A stretch of DNA of 63,096 nt, filler included, from Candidatus Woesearchaeota archaeon (lineage in GTDB: Archaea; Nanobdellota; Nanobdellia; Woesearchaeales; DATGWN01), in NCBI GenBank assembly GCA_047603125.1. It is 9 parts of 9 records of this genome, joined end to end, with 100 filler letters (N's around TTAATTAATTAA, not from the genome) between each part and the next. Parts side by side here need not be neighbours in the genome. Positions count along the whole stretch, not along the records: positions 5,708 to 11,225 come from JBLKOU010000057.1; positions 11,326 to 16,524 come from JBLKOU010000058.1; positions 16,625 to 21,389 come from JBLKOU010000059.1; 6 more parts are not named here. One strand, given 5' to 3'. Under the pieces are notes generated by a model. That model was not told the DNA's origin. It did no database searches and was given only the letters and a program-made list of their open reading frames with translations. A program made the translations under genes and the position numbers. The stretch's first letter is position 1, and every line of letters begins with the position of its first letter. Shown one piece after another: positions 11,093 through 20,357 of the stretch.

Positions 11093-11502
11093 TATATAAC
11101 CCCTTATGAGTACCTGCATACTTTCGATTTAAATACTTTTCTTTTTCCGTGCTGTGTCGGATAAACCGGTAGAAATTCTTTAAAAAAAGTGAAACTATTT
11201 GATTTTAAAGAAAAGGACAGCCTTTNNNNNNNNNNNNNNNNNNNNNNNNNNNNNNNNNNNNNNNNNNNNTTAATTAATTAANNNNNNNNNNNNNNNNNNN
11301 NNNNNNNNNNNNNNNNNNNNNNNNNAAAAAAGCGCTATTTGGCAGTTCAACTCTCATGATATATGAGAAAGCAATGTCATTTATAAATGTTCTTATTTCA
11401 CCCCAGAATCCCGGAGACTCGTTTTTTTACCCGAGAATCCCGGTGTTTTACTTTAGCTTTTAAAACACAAACTACAAAAATCACCTCAAAACTCAACACG
11501 AT

Positions 11503-11880
11503 ATGTTTGATAGTCATCTAATAATTGAGCACACACTTGCACAGGCACACACGTATCAATATAGCACAAAACAAAAACATCGCATACAGGCACTCATAGA
11601 AGAAGTACTCGCCAGACCAGAATTTACACAAGTTCATCAGTGGAAAAAATACGGACTGTGGATTGGCTCATTTGATCCAATAGAGCACCCGAAAATACAA
11701 GAATCATTTACCTACAAACTCTCAAATAAAATCAGAGAAATACCACTTGATGCGCAGACTGCAATTGGCATCCTCCCACATAACGGATTAAGTTTTACAA
11801 AAAATGCGCGCACAATAGTGTTTCTCCCACAATATGCATTTAATGTACAGCAAGAACAATACGCGCGTTTTACCTTCTAA
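11503..11880 (+). CDS. Hypothetical protein
   Basis: 125-aa ORF. Confidence 0.6.
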   Translation: MFDSHLIIEHTLAQAHTYQYSTKQKHRIQALIEEVLARPEFTQVHQWKKYGLWIGSFDPIEHPKIQESFTYKLSNKIREIPLDAQTAIGILPHNGLSFTKNARTIVFLPQYAFNVQQEQYARFTF

Positions 11881-11883
11881 GCA

Positions 11884-11950
11884 TTTTTGCTGTAATTGTC
11901 AGTTGGAATCAGAAAATTCGACTGTATTCTCCACATCTGGACAAAAGAAA
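11884..11950 (+). repeat. Direct repeat F, left copy (flanks MNT-HEPN pair)
   Basis: TTTTTGCTGTAATT..CAGTTGGAATCAGAAA.ATTCGACT.TATTCTC matches 13100-13169. Confidence 0.9.
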
Positions 11951-11999
11951 GCGAAAAAAGGAACAAATTTTATAAATTATGGTTTTATACCATAATACT

Positions 12000-12569
12000 A
12001 TGGGCAAAAATGAGAAAGTCAAAATACTAGAACTATTAATAGAAAACAGGAATAAACAATATACCATTCGAGAAATTGCATTAGTACGAAACATTAACTA
12101 CAAATCCGCATATGAGGTGGTAAAAAAACTTGAAAAAGAAGGAAATATACGATTAGAAAAAATCGGACAAACATGTTTGACTCAGTTCAATAATATCTTA
12201 ACAAATTCAACCTATCTTGCTGAAAAAAACAGACTTGAAAAAGTACTTAAATGCAAGGATTTAAAGCTTATTTTTGAGGAATTGAAAAAAATTAATACAC
12301 AAGCAATTATTTTACTATTTGGATCATATGCTAAAGCAACACAAACAAAACAATCAGACATCGATTTATTAGTTATTACCGAGGACACAAACGAAATAGA
12401 ACGATCTATATCGTGGATCCCAAAAGACATCCACATTACAAAAATTTCATATAAAGAATTCGATCAAATGCTTAAATCAAAAGAATTCAGTGTTGTGAGC
12501 GAAGCTATGAAAAACAATATCATATTCCAAGGGATTGAGGATTACTATAGGTTCTTACAAAATGCTTGA
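12000..12569 (+). CDS. wHTH + minimal nucleotidyltransferase (MntA-like antitoxin)
   Basis: FGSYAK-x6-SDIDL motif; N-terminal HTH. Confidence 0.9.
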   Translation: MGKNEKVKILELLIENRNKQYTIREIALVRNINYKSAYEVVKKLEKEGNIRLEKIGQTCLTQFNNILTNSTYLAEKNRLEKVLKCKDLKLIFEELKKINTQAIILLFGSYAKATQTKQSDIDLLVITEDTNEIERSISWIPKDIHITKISYKEFDQMLKSKEFSVVSEAMKNNIIFQGIEDYYRFLQNA

Positions 12570-13071
12570 TGAGAAAAGAATAAAAGAAGTACAACAAAAT
12601 GTTGCACAATATTTACAAGAGGGTTTGCTCCAAAAAAGACAAGCAAACCAACAAGCAATTACTATTCTTGTTGAAAATGCAAGAAATAGCATTCAAGAAA
12701 CACGGAATGTTCAAACACCACTTTGGAAAATTGTCATATCTTATTATTCTATGTTTTATGTCGCAAATGCCGTTTTAGTTAAACTAGGGTACAAGGTAGG
12801 GGATAAAGTCGCTCATAAAGTTACTAGCGATGCGCTTATTGTATATGTTAAAGACCGATTAGCTATAGAATTATTAGATAGTTATCAAACAGCTCAAAGC
12901 GAAGCATTAGCAGGAATTAAGGCAAATGAATTAGTGAAATCTTTTGATTTAGAAAGAACGAAGCGAAGCATATTCCAATACACAACCACAAAAACCGTTA
13001 TGGAATCAAAAGCACAAACATCAGTAAAACGAGCACAAGAGTTTGTCGCAGAAATGATGAAATTACTGTAA
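12562..13071 (+). CDS. HEPN-domain protein (toxin partner)
   Basis: YYSMFY, H, R-x4-Y motif; overlaps the MNT stop. Confidence 0.85.
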   Translation: MLDEKRIKEVQQNVAQYLQEGLLQKRQANQQAITILVENARNSIQETRNVQTPLWKIVISYYSMFYVANAVLVKLGYKVGDKVAHKVTSDALIVYVKDRLAIELLDSYQTAQSEALAGIKANELVKSFDLERTKRSIFQYTTTKTVMESKAQTSVKRAQEFVAEMMKLL

Positions 13072-13099
13072 TAACCAGACCCGCTTTTCGTCCCAGGCC

Positions 13100-13169
13100 T
13101 TTTTGCTGTAATTACCAGTTGGAATCAGAAATATTCGACTATATTCTCAACACACCTGCGCAAAATAAA
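13100..13169 (+). repeat. Direct repeat F, right copy
   Basis: Matches 11884-11950 with a few substitutions and indels. Confidence 0.9.
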
Positions 13170-13357
13170 TCCAAAACACCAGGTTTACGCGCCACACTAA
13201 TTTTATTCGAGATACGGATGATGTTGTTGTAGATTCATAAAATTTTGGCTAACTCCCAGCTTTAGTTGCTGCTTTTAACAAAATTATAGGGTCTCGAGTT
13301 TTTTATACAATAATAGTATAAAGGTTTGCGTGTAACAGCTCGTCAACAATACACTCA

Positions 13358-14641
13358 TTACTCCCCATAGCTGCGTACTCGTAAAACTGCATCTGCAAGT
13401 GTACACAATTGTTGCTCTCCCGTATCTAATTGTTTGAGCATAACTTTCTTACTTTTCACTTCATCTTCTCCAATAATAGCAACAAAAGCAATGCCAAGCT
13501 TGTCTGCAAATTCAATATTTTTTTTCAAAGAACGGCCGTTGAGATCAATATCAGTTTTTATCCCACCTGCACGAAACTGCATCGCATATGAAATTGCATC
13601 AGGGAGTCGTTTCTTTCCCATCGCAATCACATACACTTGTGCGGCACTTGCGCGTTGTTTTGTTTTTGCATCACTTAGTATCGCATCAAGTAAGACATCC
13701 AAACCAAACGATGTTCCAACTGCAGCAATAGGTTGTTTGGTTGACGTGAACTGACCAACCATATCATCAAAACGACCGCCTGCTCCAACGGATGAAGTAA
13801 TTGTACTCTCCTTGAGATATACTTCCCAAACCGTACCCGTATAATAGGAGAGACCGCGAGCAAGTGTTACATCAAAAACTGCGTTTTTTACTCCAAATGC
13901 GCGTGCAAAAGAAAAACACTCAAGTAATTCTTTTACCCCTTGATTTTCAGGAAAGAGTTTTTGATAATCCTCAAGCGTTTTATTGGTGACCAAATCAAAC
14001 AATGTTTGTATTTGTTTAGATGAAAAACCTTTTTGTTCTAGTTCTTTTTTTACCCCGTCAGCCCCAATTTTTGCAAGTTTATCTAAGGAGAGTATTGCTG
14101 ATTCGCATATTTGTGGTGCAATCTTTGCTTCTTGCATGATTGCATCAAGGAGTTTTCTATTATTGACTTTAATTATAATATCTTTTTGTATGCTTGCAAA
14201 AAATGTTTCAATAAGTGCAAGGAGTTCTGCTTCAGCACTCACAGATGTAATTCCAACCACATCGACATCGCATTGATAAAATTCCCTATAACGACCTAAT
14301 TTTATCGGGCCATTTCTCCAAACGCGATCAATTTGATACCGCTTAAACGGTTTTTTGAGCTGAGGATTCATGGCAACAACACGAGCAAAGGGTACGGTTA
14401 AATCATAGCGAAGACCTAATTGACGATTGGCGTTATCAGTGAGTGTGAAAATTTCTTTTAAAATTTCCTCACCACCAGCAAATTTTGACGCCAGCGTGTC
14501 TTGCATTTCTAGGGCAGGCGTTTCGATTGGATTATATCCAAAGAGTTCAAAGACCTCCTTTAATTGTGCAATAAGTTTATTTCGAACAAGTGTTTGTTCA
14601 ACTAAAAAATCCCGTGTTCCTTTAACAGTTCGTAAATTCAT
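13358..14641 (-). CDS. hisS: Histidine--tRNA ligase
   Basis: KGTRDF, LRYDLTVP, GRYREFYQCD, RGLSYYTG, GGRFD. Confidence 0.98.
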   Translation of the reverse strand: MNLRTVKGTRDFLVEQTLVRNKLIAQLKEVFELFGYNPIETPALEMQDTLASKFAGGEEILKEIFTLTDNANRQLGLRYDLTVPFARVVAMNPQLKKPFKRYQIDRVWRNGPIKLGRYREFYQCDVDVVGITSVSAEAELLALIETFFASIQKDIIIKVNNRKLLDAIMQEAKIAPQICESAILSLDKLAKIGADGVKKELEQKGFSSKQIQTLFDLVTNKTLEDYQKLFPENQGVKELLECFSFARAFGVKNAVFDVTLARGLSYYTGTVWEVYLKESTITSSVGAGGRFDDMVGQFTSTKQPIAAVGTSFGLDVLLDAILSDAKTKQRASAAQVYVIAMGKKRLPDAISYAMQFRAGGIKTDIDLNGRSLKKNIEFADKLGIAFVAIIGEDEVKSKKVMLKQLDTGEQQLCTLADAVLRVRSYGE

Positions 14642-14923
14642 TGTTTCTCCTCAAAATCATTTCTATAGAAAAGACGCACATTAAAAAGGTTACTGATGAA
14701 GATAACCAGCACAATACTGTACAGATCCTCGTAAAAACCTTTTTTGCATACTCTCTACTACGACGGCATGCTATTTAAATGTTTGGGAAGAATTTATAAA
14801 CACCCTCCAAAACCGAATTAATAAATATTTCTCGAGGGGACAGTGTTTGAACTTAGTCCGATACATAAAACGCACTATTTCGGCGATTTTGCGACTGCTT
14901 GTAACGATTTTCAAACACTATCC

Positions 14924-15340
14924 TCAAGGGAGGGTTTTTCTGTTTTTCCAAATATAGGCACCTATTATTAAAGCACAAATATGTAAACAAAACAGTATAA
15001 AAATTGTAAAAAGTTCCACATGTATATTTATACCATAAAACGGAATAAACCAAATCGATTGGAATCCTCTTAGTAGTTGAGAAATAAACCCGAATATGCC
15101 TTCTCGATTTATGAAGTGCGTAAAAAAGAAAAAAGAGGAAATAATCAGTAGAAAATGTATTATATTAGAGAAAAAGATAAAAAATAGCTTTTTTTTATAA
15201 ACCCAAAAACCTAAACCTGCAAAGAGTAATGTGAATAAAATTATAACATAATCAAAAACTAAAAGTCCAGCCGCTAAATATAAAAGAGCAATTGCTACAT
15301 TCACACCGAATACCAATTTTAGAAACTTTTTAGTTACCAT
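14924..15340 (-). CDS. Small multi-TM membrane protein
   Basis: Four hydrophobic segments; TATA at 15363-15370. Confidence 0.7.
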   Translation of the reverse strand: MVTKKFLKLVFGVNVAIALLYLAAGLLVFDYVIILFTLLFAGLGFWVYKKKLFFIFFSNIIHFLLIISSFFFFTHFINREGIFGFISQLLRGFQSIWFIPFYGINIHVELFTIFILFCLHICALIIGAYIWKNRKTLP

Positions 15341-15383
15341 TTCCCGTTTAAGAAAAATGGTAATTATAAAGTTTTTGTAAGAA

Positions 15384-15559
15384 TAGTTAGCAGCAAAAGA
15401 AAAGCATAACTTTTTGGTGCAAAATCAAAAATCAGAGTGATTGTTTGAAAGCTTCTTTCAAACTTGAGGATGAGAATCCGAAAACAAGCAGCTCTGATTT
15501 TGCAAACTTGACAACTGTCGCGAAATCGCCGAGTTATGCGAAATTAATGTCGTCAACTA
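15384..15559 (+). repeat. Structured repeat subfamily A, long form (176 bp, with 42-nt insert)
   Basis: Aligns with 52860-53035 and 54329-54462. Confidence 0.95.
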
Positions 15560-15607
15560 ACATCTAAAAAAGAAACAATCATATATCAGTTGGTATCTAA
15601 TGGTAGC

Positions 15608-15853
15608 ATGAACACGCAAATAAACATCAGAGTTTCCCCAGAATTTCACAATTCCATGAAAACATATTCTCAAAAACATGGATATGGATCAGTCCAAGAT
15701 TTTATCAAAGAGACCATAAGAGAAAAATTATTTGAACAACCACCTGTAAACAAAGACGAATTTCAACTCGTCAAAAAACTCTTTGAGATCAGTGAAAAAA
15801 AATCACTCTATGGAACTGAAAAAGAGCTATTTGAGAAACTCCGGAGAAAGTAA
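15608..15853 (+). CDS. Ribbon-helix-helix antitoxin
   Basis: QINIRV...GYGSVQDFIKETIREK RHH pattern; directly upstream of RelE-like gene. Confidence 0.75.
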   Translation: MNTQINIRVSPEFHNSMKTYSQKHGYGSVQDFIKETIREKLFEQPPVNKDEFQLVKKLFEISEKKSLYGTEKELFEKLRRK

Positions 15854-15856
15854 TTC

Positions 15857-16139
15857 ATGGAGTATGAGCTTGTTCCAACTGCCTTTTTTCTTGAACAAGT
15901 AGACAGATGAAGCTGCCGCTTTAGTTGAAGAAAAACTGTCTTTAGCAAAACAGAATCCTTATCGTTTTAAACGAATTCAAGGATATTTTCTTTTTCGAAT
16001 TCGATTTGGAGACAAACGAAAAGAAAAGCGAATTATTTACTTAGTTGATAAGCCTGCTATTAAAGTTCTTTGTATTCTTGACAAAGATAACGAATACAAA
16101 CAATTACGAAATTTTTTGAAAAGACATGATTATCTGTGA
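15857..16139 (+). pseudogene. Frameshifted RelE/ParE-like toxin
   Basis: MEYELVPTAFFLEQVD then TGA; another frame continues DEAAALVEEKL..NPYRFKRI..LFRIRF..KRIIY to TGA at 16139. Confidence 0.75.
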
Positions 16140-16250
16140 ACAGATTTTTGCACAATCTGTCATATATTTCTAACCATCTGTAGAATCCAGTTTCAGTTGT
16201 TAACAAAATGTCGATAACTCAATACTATGCCCCAATTCTTTCTTTTTTTA

Positions 16251-16387
16251 CACTTATGCGAAGATCTCATCCCAGCTTCCCGGTGGGACATACGCCAAAA
16301 TTAGCCTGCAGACAATCGGCTAATTTTGTGATTTCGCTTCAAGGCATAAGTGCTTGCACAGTTTAGGTACGTCTATTCGAAGATACT
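16251..16387 (-). repeat. Structured repeat subfamily E, short form
   Basis: Reverse complement aligns to 52496-52677 except for a 44-nt insert. Confidence 0.92.
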
Positions 16388-16433
16388 GTCCAAAAAAATA
16401 CATTTATAAATATCCTACAACCAAACAAAAACT

Positions 16434-16524
16434 ATGCGCGAACGATATGATGTAAAACTCAAGTATTACCATCTTCTTGGTGTACTGACAGCCATTGCAC
16501 TTGTCCTCCAACCCTTTTTTGCAG
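16434..16524 (+). CDS. Membrane protein, 3'-partial
   Basis: MRERYDVKLKYYHLLGVLTAIALVLQPFF runs into the gap; TATA at 16403-16410. Confidence 0.55.
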
Positions 16525-16669
16525 NNNNNNNNNNNNNNNNNNNNNNNNNNNNNNNNNNNNNNNNNNNNTTAATTAATTAANNNNNNNNNNNNNNNNNNNN
16601 NNNNNNNNNNNNNNNNNNNNNNNNTAAAGAGCGATAAATATTTAAATGCTTCGGTTTATCTAATTATAT

Positions 16670-16930
16670 ATGGCACAAATTTTGATGATATACCACATCC
16701 CAAAGGGAGATGCTTCTACGCGAATCAGCTTTAACAGAAAATTGTTTCCTTATAGAGTTCAAGGTAATAGTGGAAAGTTCGACAAAAAAACAATCGGAAT
16801 TTTACAAAAATATGAGAAACCAGTTAGATCGTGCGTCATTTTTGACGATGTCAAAATTACTCAAGTGAAAAATCTGTGTAAGGAATTCAAAATCGCTGCT
16901 CAATTCTACAAAGTGGAAAAAATCAATTAA
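16670..16930 (+). CDS. Small protein, possibly Cas2/VapD-like ferredoxin fold
   Basis: ILMIYHIP..R..F.RKL..RS pattern; TATA upstream. Confidence 0.5.
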   Translation: MAQILMIYHIPKGDASTRISFNRKLFPYRVQGNSGKFDKKTIGILQKYEKPVRSCVIFDDVKITQVKNLCKEFKIAAQFYKVEKIN

Positions 16931-17042
16931 TAATTATCCGACACAGCATTTTTCCGACAGGTTCATATAAAAAAATAAGAAAAAAGAGAAATAAACTACT
17001 CTCTAAAAAACTATCAAATAGAAAAGACCAAGTACTACCCAC

Positions 17043-17369
17043 TTAAGAATAATCACGCCATGTGTGCTTACACTTCGTGCATTTGAGAAATTTCGTTGCT
17101 GGTTCATCACTTGCCCGTGTTTGAACAAGCCACCAATATGCCTTATCATTACCGCATTTTTCACACACTGCATCTGTTATAGACTGGGAAAGCTGATCAG
17201 AATCTTGCTCAACAACTTCAACAGTCTCTTTTGATTGAACTTCCTGAGTTATTTTAATATCCCCGCTTGTTGGCAACATATATGCACAAATAGGACAAGA
17301 AAGCACCACTCCTTTTTTCGGATCTTTTTTGGGTACAAGCATTGCACCGTCTTTTGGGCAAAATTTCAT
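17043..17369 (-). CDS. tfs: Transcription elongation factor TFS
   Basis: Two Zn ribbons; QTRASDEP acidic hairpin. Confidence 0.95.
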   Translation of the reverse strand: MKFCPKDGAMLVPKKDPKKGVVLSCPICAYMLPTSGDIKITQEVQSKETVEVVEQDSDQLSQSITDAVCEKCGNDKAYWWLVQTRASDEPATKFLKCTKCKHTWRDYS

Positions 17370-17407
17370 ATAAAGAGGAACCAGATAACTTGTTTATAAG
17401 TGTTTTG

Positions 17408-17550
17408 GAAGACGCAGCTTCATCCAAAAAATAAAAAAAGAGCACCTTGTAGCGAAATCAGAAAATTCAACGATTTATACAGTTGAATTTTCGCATAATT
17501 CTCAAAGCGGGACTCTTGAGCCAAATCTACGTGCTCATCTTTAAAAAACG
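17408..17550 (+). repeat. Structured repeat subfamily B (core 17440-17536)
   Basis: GAGCAC...CTCAAAGCGGGACTCTTGAG...GTGCTC shared with copies at 43.2 kb and 57.8 kb. Confidence 0.92.
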
Positions 17551-17583
17551 ATTAGTAGATGACCAGAAGAGACACCTACAAAA

Positions 17584-18342
17584 TCAAACTCCACCAAATA
17601 CAAACGCAAGAATCCACGTGGCAAATATTTTTACATAGCCCGCTAAAGGTATACGAAACATCGCACTCCCTAAATATTGGTCATACGATATGGACACTTC
17701 TTGACGAGGACCTGAACGGATACTGTCGCTATTATGATCCCCTTTGGTTTGAAAAACATACTCGCCATTTTCCATGCGAACATCAACTACTCGATGAATT
17801 ATGGGTATTCCATCCCCGCTTAAAAAGATAATAATTTCACCAACGTCAATATTCTCCGGCGCTTTTGAGCGAATAAGCATAACATCCCCCCTATTAAAAC
17901 CATTTGACAAGTAAAATCGGGAAAAATCCTGTAAAGAAATGTCTTTTTGCTCATACCACTCCCCGCAAAATTGCCAATATTCGCCTAGATCAAATTGCTG
18001 GCGACGTTCAACTTCAACACCACAAATCGCGTAGGAGGAATCTCGACGAAGACACTGCCCGTCTGAAAAGTATTGTAAACAATTACCCACACTTCGATGT
18101 TCCATACTCTCACTCACAACAGCAACAAGAGGAACAGGAGTCTGAAGTAACAAAGATAATCCCGGATAAAATAAAAACTGAATAACCAAGAGTGCGACTA
18201 CAATATTAACAATCCAACTCGCTGGAGAATCTTCATACCAATAAAACTGCCAAAATTTTTGCAATTGCTTCTTGAGACTTTGCCAGGTCATACCAAAAAA
18301 TGAAACCATCATGTTTAAAAAGTCTCTGCTTCTCTCATACAT
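17584..18342 (-). CDS. Signal peptidase I, archaeal Sec11 type
   Basis: SESMEH, GD, IIHRV, TKGD motifs. Confidence 0.92.
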   Translation of the reverse strand: MYERSRDFLNMMVSFFGMTWQSLKKQLQKFWQFYWYEDSPASWIVNIVVALLVIQFLFYPGLSLLLQTPVPLVAVVSESMEHRSVGNCLQYFSDGQCLRRDSSYAICGVEVERRQQFDLGEYWQFCGEWYEQKDISLQDFSRFYLSNGFNRGDVMLIRSKAPENIDVGEIIIFLSGDGIPIIHRVVDVRMENGEYVFQTKGDHNSDSIRSGPRQEVSISYDQYLGSAMFRIPLAGYVKIFATWILAFVFGGV

Positions 18343-18345
18343 ATC

Positions 18346-19275
18346 ATGCGAGAACGCAAAAAATTAACACAAACACAAGAACCACTCATTATTGGACACA
18401 AGCCTATCGTCATTACGCAATGTGTTAAATCAAATCGCATTAAAAAAAATAAACGCTGGGTACAAGTCGATCTCAAACAAGAACTCATCAGAGAAATTAG
18501 TAAAAAAATTCTTATTAACCCACACGCGCAAAATGAAAAAGTCACGATTAAAATTGATGATGAATTTGCAACAGTAACCATCAGCGCAACCATGCATAAA
18601 GAAAAACTCACACAAGAATATCAAATACCCTACACTATACACAAAGACATCGCACCGACATATGCAAAACAAGATGGTGAATCGTTTGACTGCATTGTTC
18701 ATCTCATTCATGCAAATGAACAGCTCCTTGATGCTTTTTTTACTCAGCTTGAAGCTCAAGAGGAAAAAGGCGTTCTTCTCACAAAAAAAGAGCAAAAAAA
18801 CGATAGTTATACCTTTCATCTCACCAAAAAAAATGCTGTACGCTCCATGATGACAAAATTACAAAGTCAATTCGGTGGGCAACTCAAAGCAGATATGCGT
18901 GTTGCCGGCTACGATCACGTCACAAGTAAACTTCGATCTCGCAGCACACTTACGCTTATTTGCTTTCCATTTCAAAAAAATGACTTTTTATTTGATGCTC
19001 AGCAACAACTCTACAGAGTTATGTCCGTGCAAACAACCGCAAAGCTACAAGCAATCGACGGGGATAAACAAACAATAACTACAGACCAAATACAAGACTT
19101 TACACTTGCAAAGCCACAAAAAACACAACTTACACAAATTCGTCCGCCCCACGCATTGCATCCCGATACTTTTGAAGAGCTTCCCGTGCGTGTATTACCA
19201 CATCAAACATTTACAGCTAAAAAAGAAATCCCCGTTATTTTCTATAATAATCAGCTTATCTACGTACCTATTTGA
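18346..19275 (+). CDS. NMD3 family ribosome-associated protein
   Basis: Overall layout, including FGG...GYD..T.K...R.T segment and C-terminal OB-like region; Zn-finger cysteines largely absent. Confidence 0.7.
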   Translation: MRERKKLTQTQEPLIIGHKPIVITQCVKSNRIKKNKRWVQVDLKQELIREISKKILINPHAQNEKVTIKIDDEFATVTISATMHKEKLTQEYQIPYTIHKDIAPTYAKQDGESFDCIVHLIHANEQLLDAFFTQLEAQEEKGVLLTKKEQKNDSYTFHLTKKNAVRSMMTKLQSQFGGQLKADMRVAGYDHVTSKLRSRSTLTLICFPFQKNDFLFDAQQQLYRVMSVQTTAKLQAIDGDKQTITTDQIQDFTLAKPQKTQLTQIRPPHALHPDTFEELPVRVLPHQTFTAKKEIPVIFYNNQLIYVPI

Positions 19276-20020
19276 GCGAAATCACATTTGAGCGCCCACG
19301 CCGTACTTTTTGAACAAGTCCTTTTTCAGTCATTTGCGAAATAACAAGTGACATTTTTGCTTCCGAAACAGTAAAAGACTTTCGCAATTGTTTTTGTGTA
19401 AGCGGTTGTTGTTTTTTTAATAACGAAATGATTTTATTCATCATAGCCTGATCAGGTAACGCTGATTGAGCAGTAGTTTCAACAACGGGCTCATGATCCG
19501 ATTTAAAACTAATGTTTGCAATCGTTTGCTCATCTTCAATATGCGTCATAGGACCAGTGACAAAAAAAGAAGTAGAGTTTTTTCTTCTTCGCTGCACAAA
19601 AACAAGAGTTGTACTAACAATGCTAATAAGTGCAAGCACCAGTATCGTCGACCAGATAAGTGTAAATCCGTGCCTTTCCAGCCAAGTTTGAGAAAACTCT
19701 TCTTGAAAATCAAAGTCAGGAAATAAAAACAAATCTCTGACAAACTCCCCTTCTCGCGGAATAATAATTGTTTCGCGAGCAATTTCTTTAGTAATATTAT
19801 TCTGTGTAAATTCAGCCCAAATTTCATAACTTCCCGGAGGAACAATAAAATGATACCCGCCAAATTGAGACACACGCATTTGCTCAGGTGTTGTATTAAT
19901 GTACACGACTGCTTTTTGAATCGGGTCTAAATTATGGTCGTAAATTACCCCTTCAATCTTTGCACCAAACGCACTGAAAGCTAGTACAAACACACAGAGA
20001 AAAAAAAGTATTTTGCGCAT
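19268..20020 (-). CDS. Membrane-anchored protein: carboxypeptidase-regulatory-like domain, TM, C-terminal wHTH
   Basis: VPPGSYEI beta domain; TQKQLRK..SEAKMS..GLV.K..RGRSN wHTH. Confidence 0.8.
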   Translation of the reverse strand: MRKILFFLCVFVLAFSAFGAKIEGVIYDHNLDPIQKAVVYINTTPEQMRVSQFGGYHFIVPPGSYEIWAEFTQNNITKEIARETIIIPREGEFVRDLFLFPDFDFQEEFSQTWLERHGFTLIWSTILVLALISIVSTTLVFVQRRRKNSTSFFVTGPMTHIEDEQTIANISFKSDHEPVVETTAQSALPDQAMMNKIISLLKKQQPLTQKQLRKSFTVSEAKMSLVISQMTEKGLVQKVRRGRSNVISLK

Positions 20021-20357
20021 AAATAGTCAAGAAAGACTTCGGATTTTTAAAAGTTCTCATAAAAATGCAAAATTAGCGTCGATTTTAGAAATTTAATACC
20101 CTTTTAGAGTCTTATTTTTAAGTTTTAAAGTTTTATATTATTTATTTTTTAGATATAAAGATTAAAATATCTTTTAAAAGGAGATTTTGAAGCATCAAAT
20201 AAGAATGTTTTTAAAGGGAATCCACTTAATTATGCTTAGTGGAATCAAAACGATTCCCATCGGTACAAACAAAGTTAGTCAGTCTGTGAAAGCACACGTT
20301 GTGCTTTTCTTTTTTTTTTCATTTTTTTCTCTAGATATGCGTCAGGATTTTAATCCA

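Noticed and set aside
11405..11443. AGAATCCCGG direct repeat x2
   Set aside because: Only two short copies; no function can be assigned
13207..13298. Possible stem TCGAGA/TCTCGA downstream of hisS
   Set aside because: Single copy, weak pairing, lacks the family junction motifs
15443..15484. Insert module as a hammerhead ribozyme or CRISPR repeat
   Set aside because: Has TTGA...GAAA but lacks the CUGANGA core; GTTTGAAAG is not arrayed with spacers
20040..20220. Very AT-rich tract as a replication origin
   Set aside because: No ORB repeats or initiator gene seen
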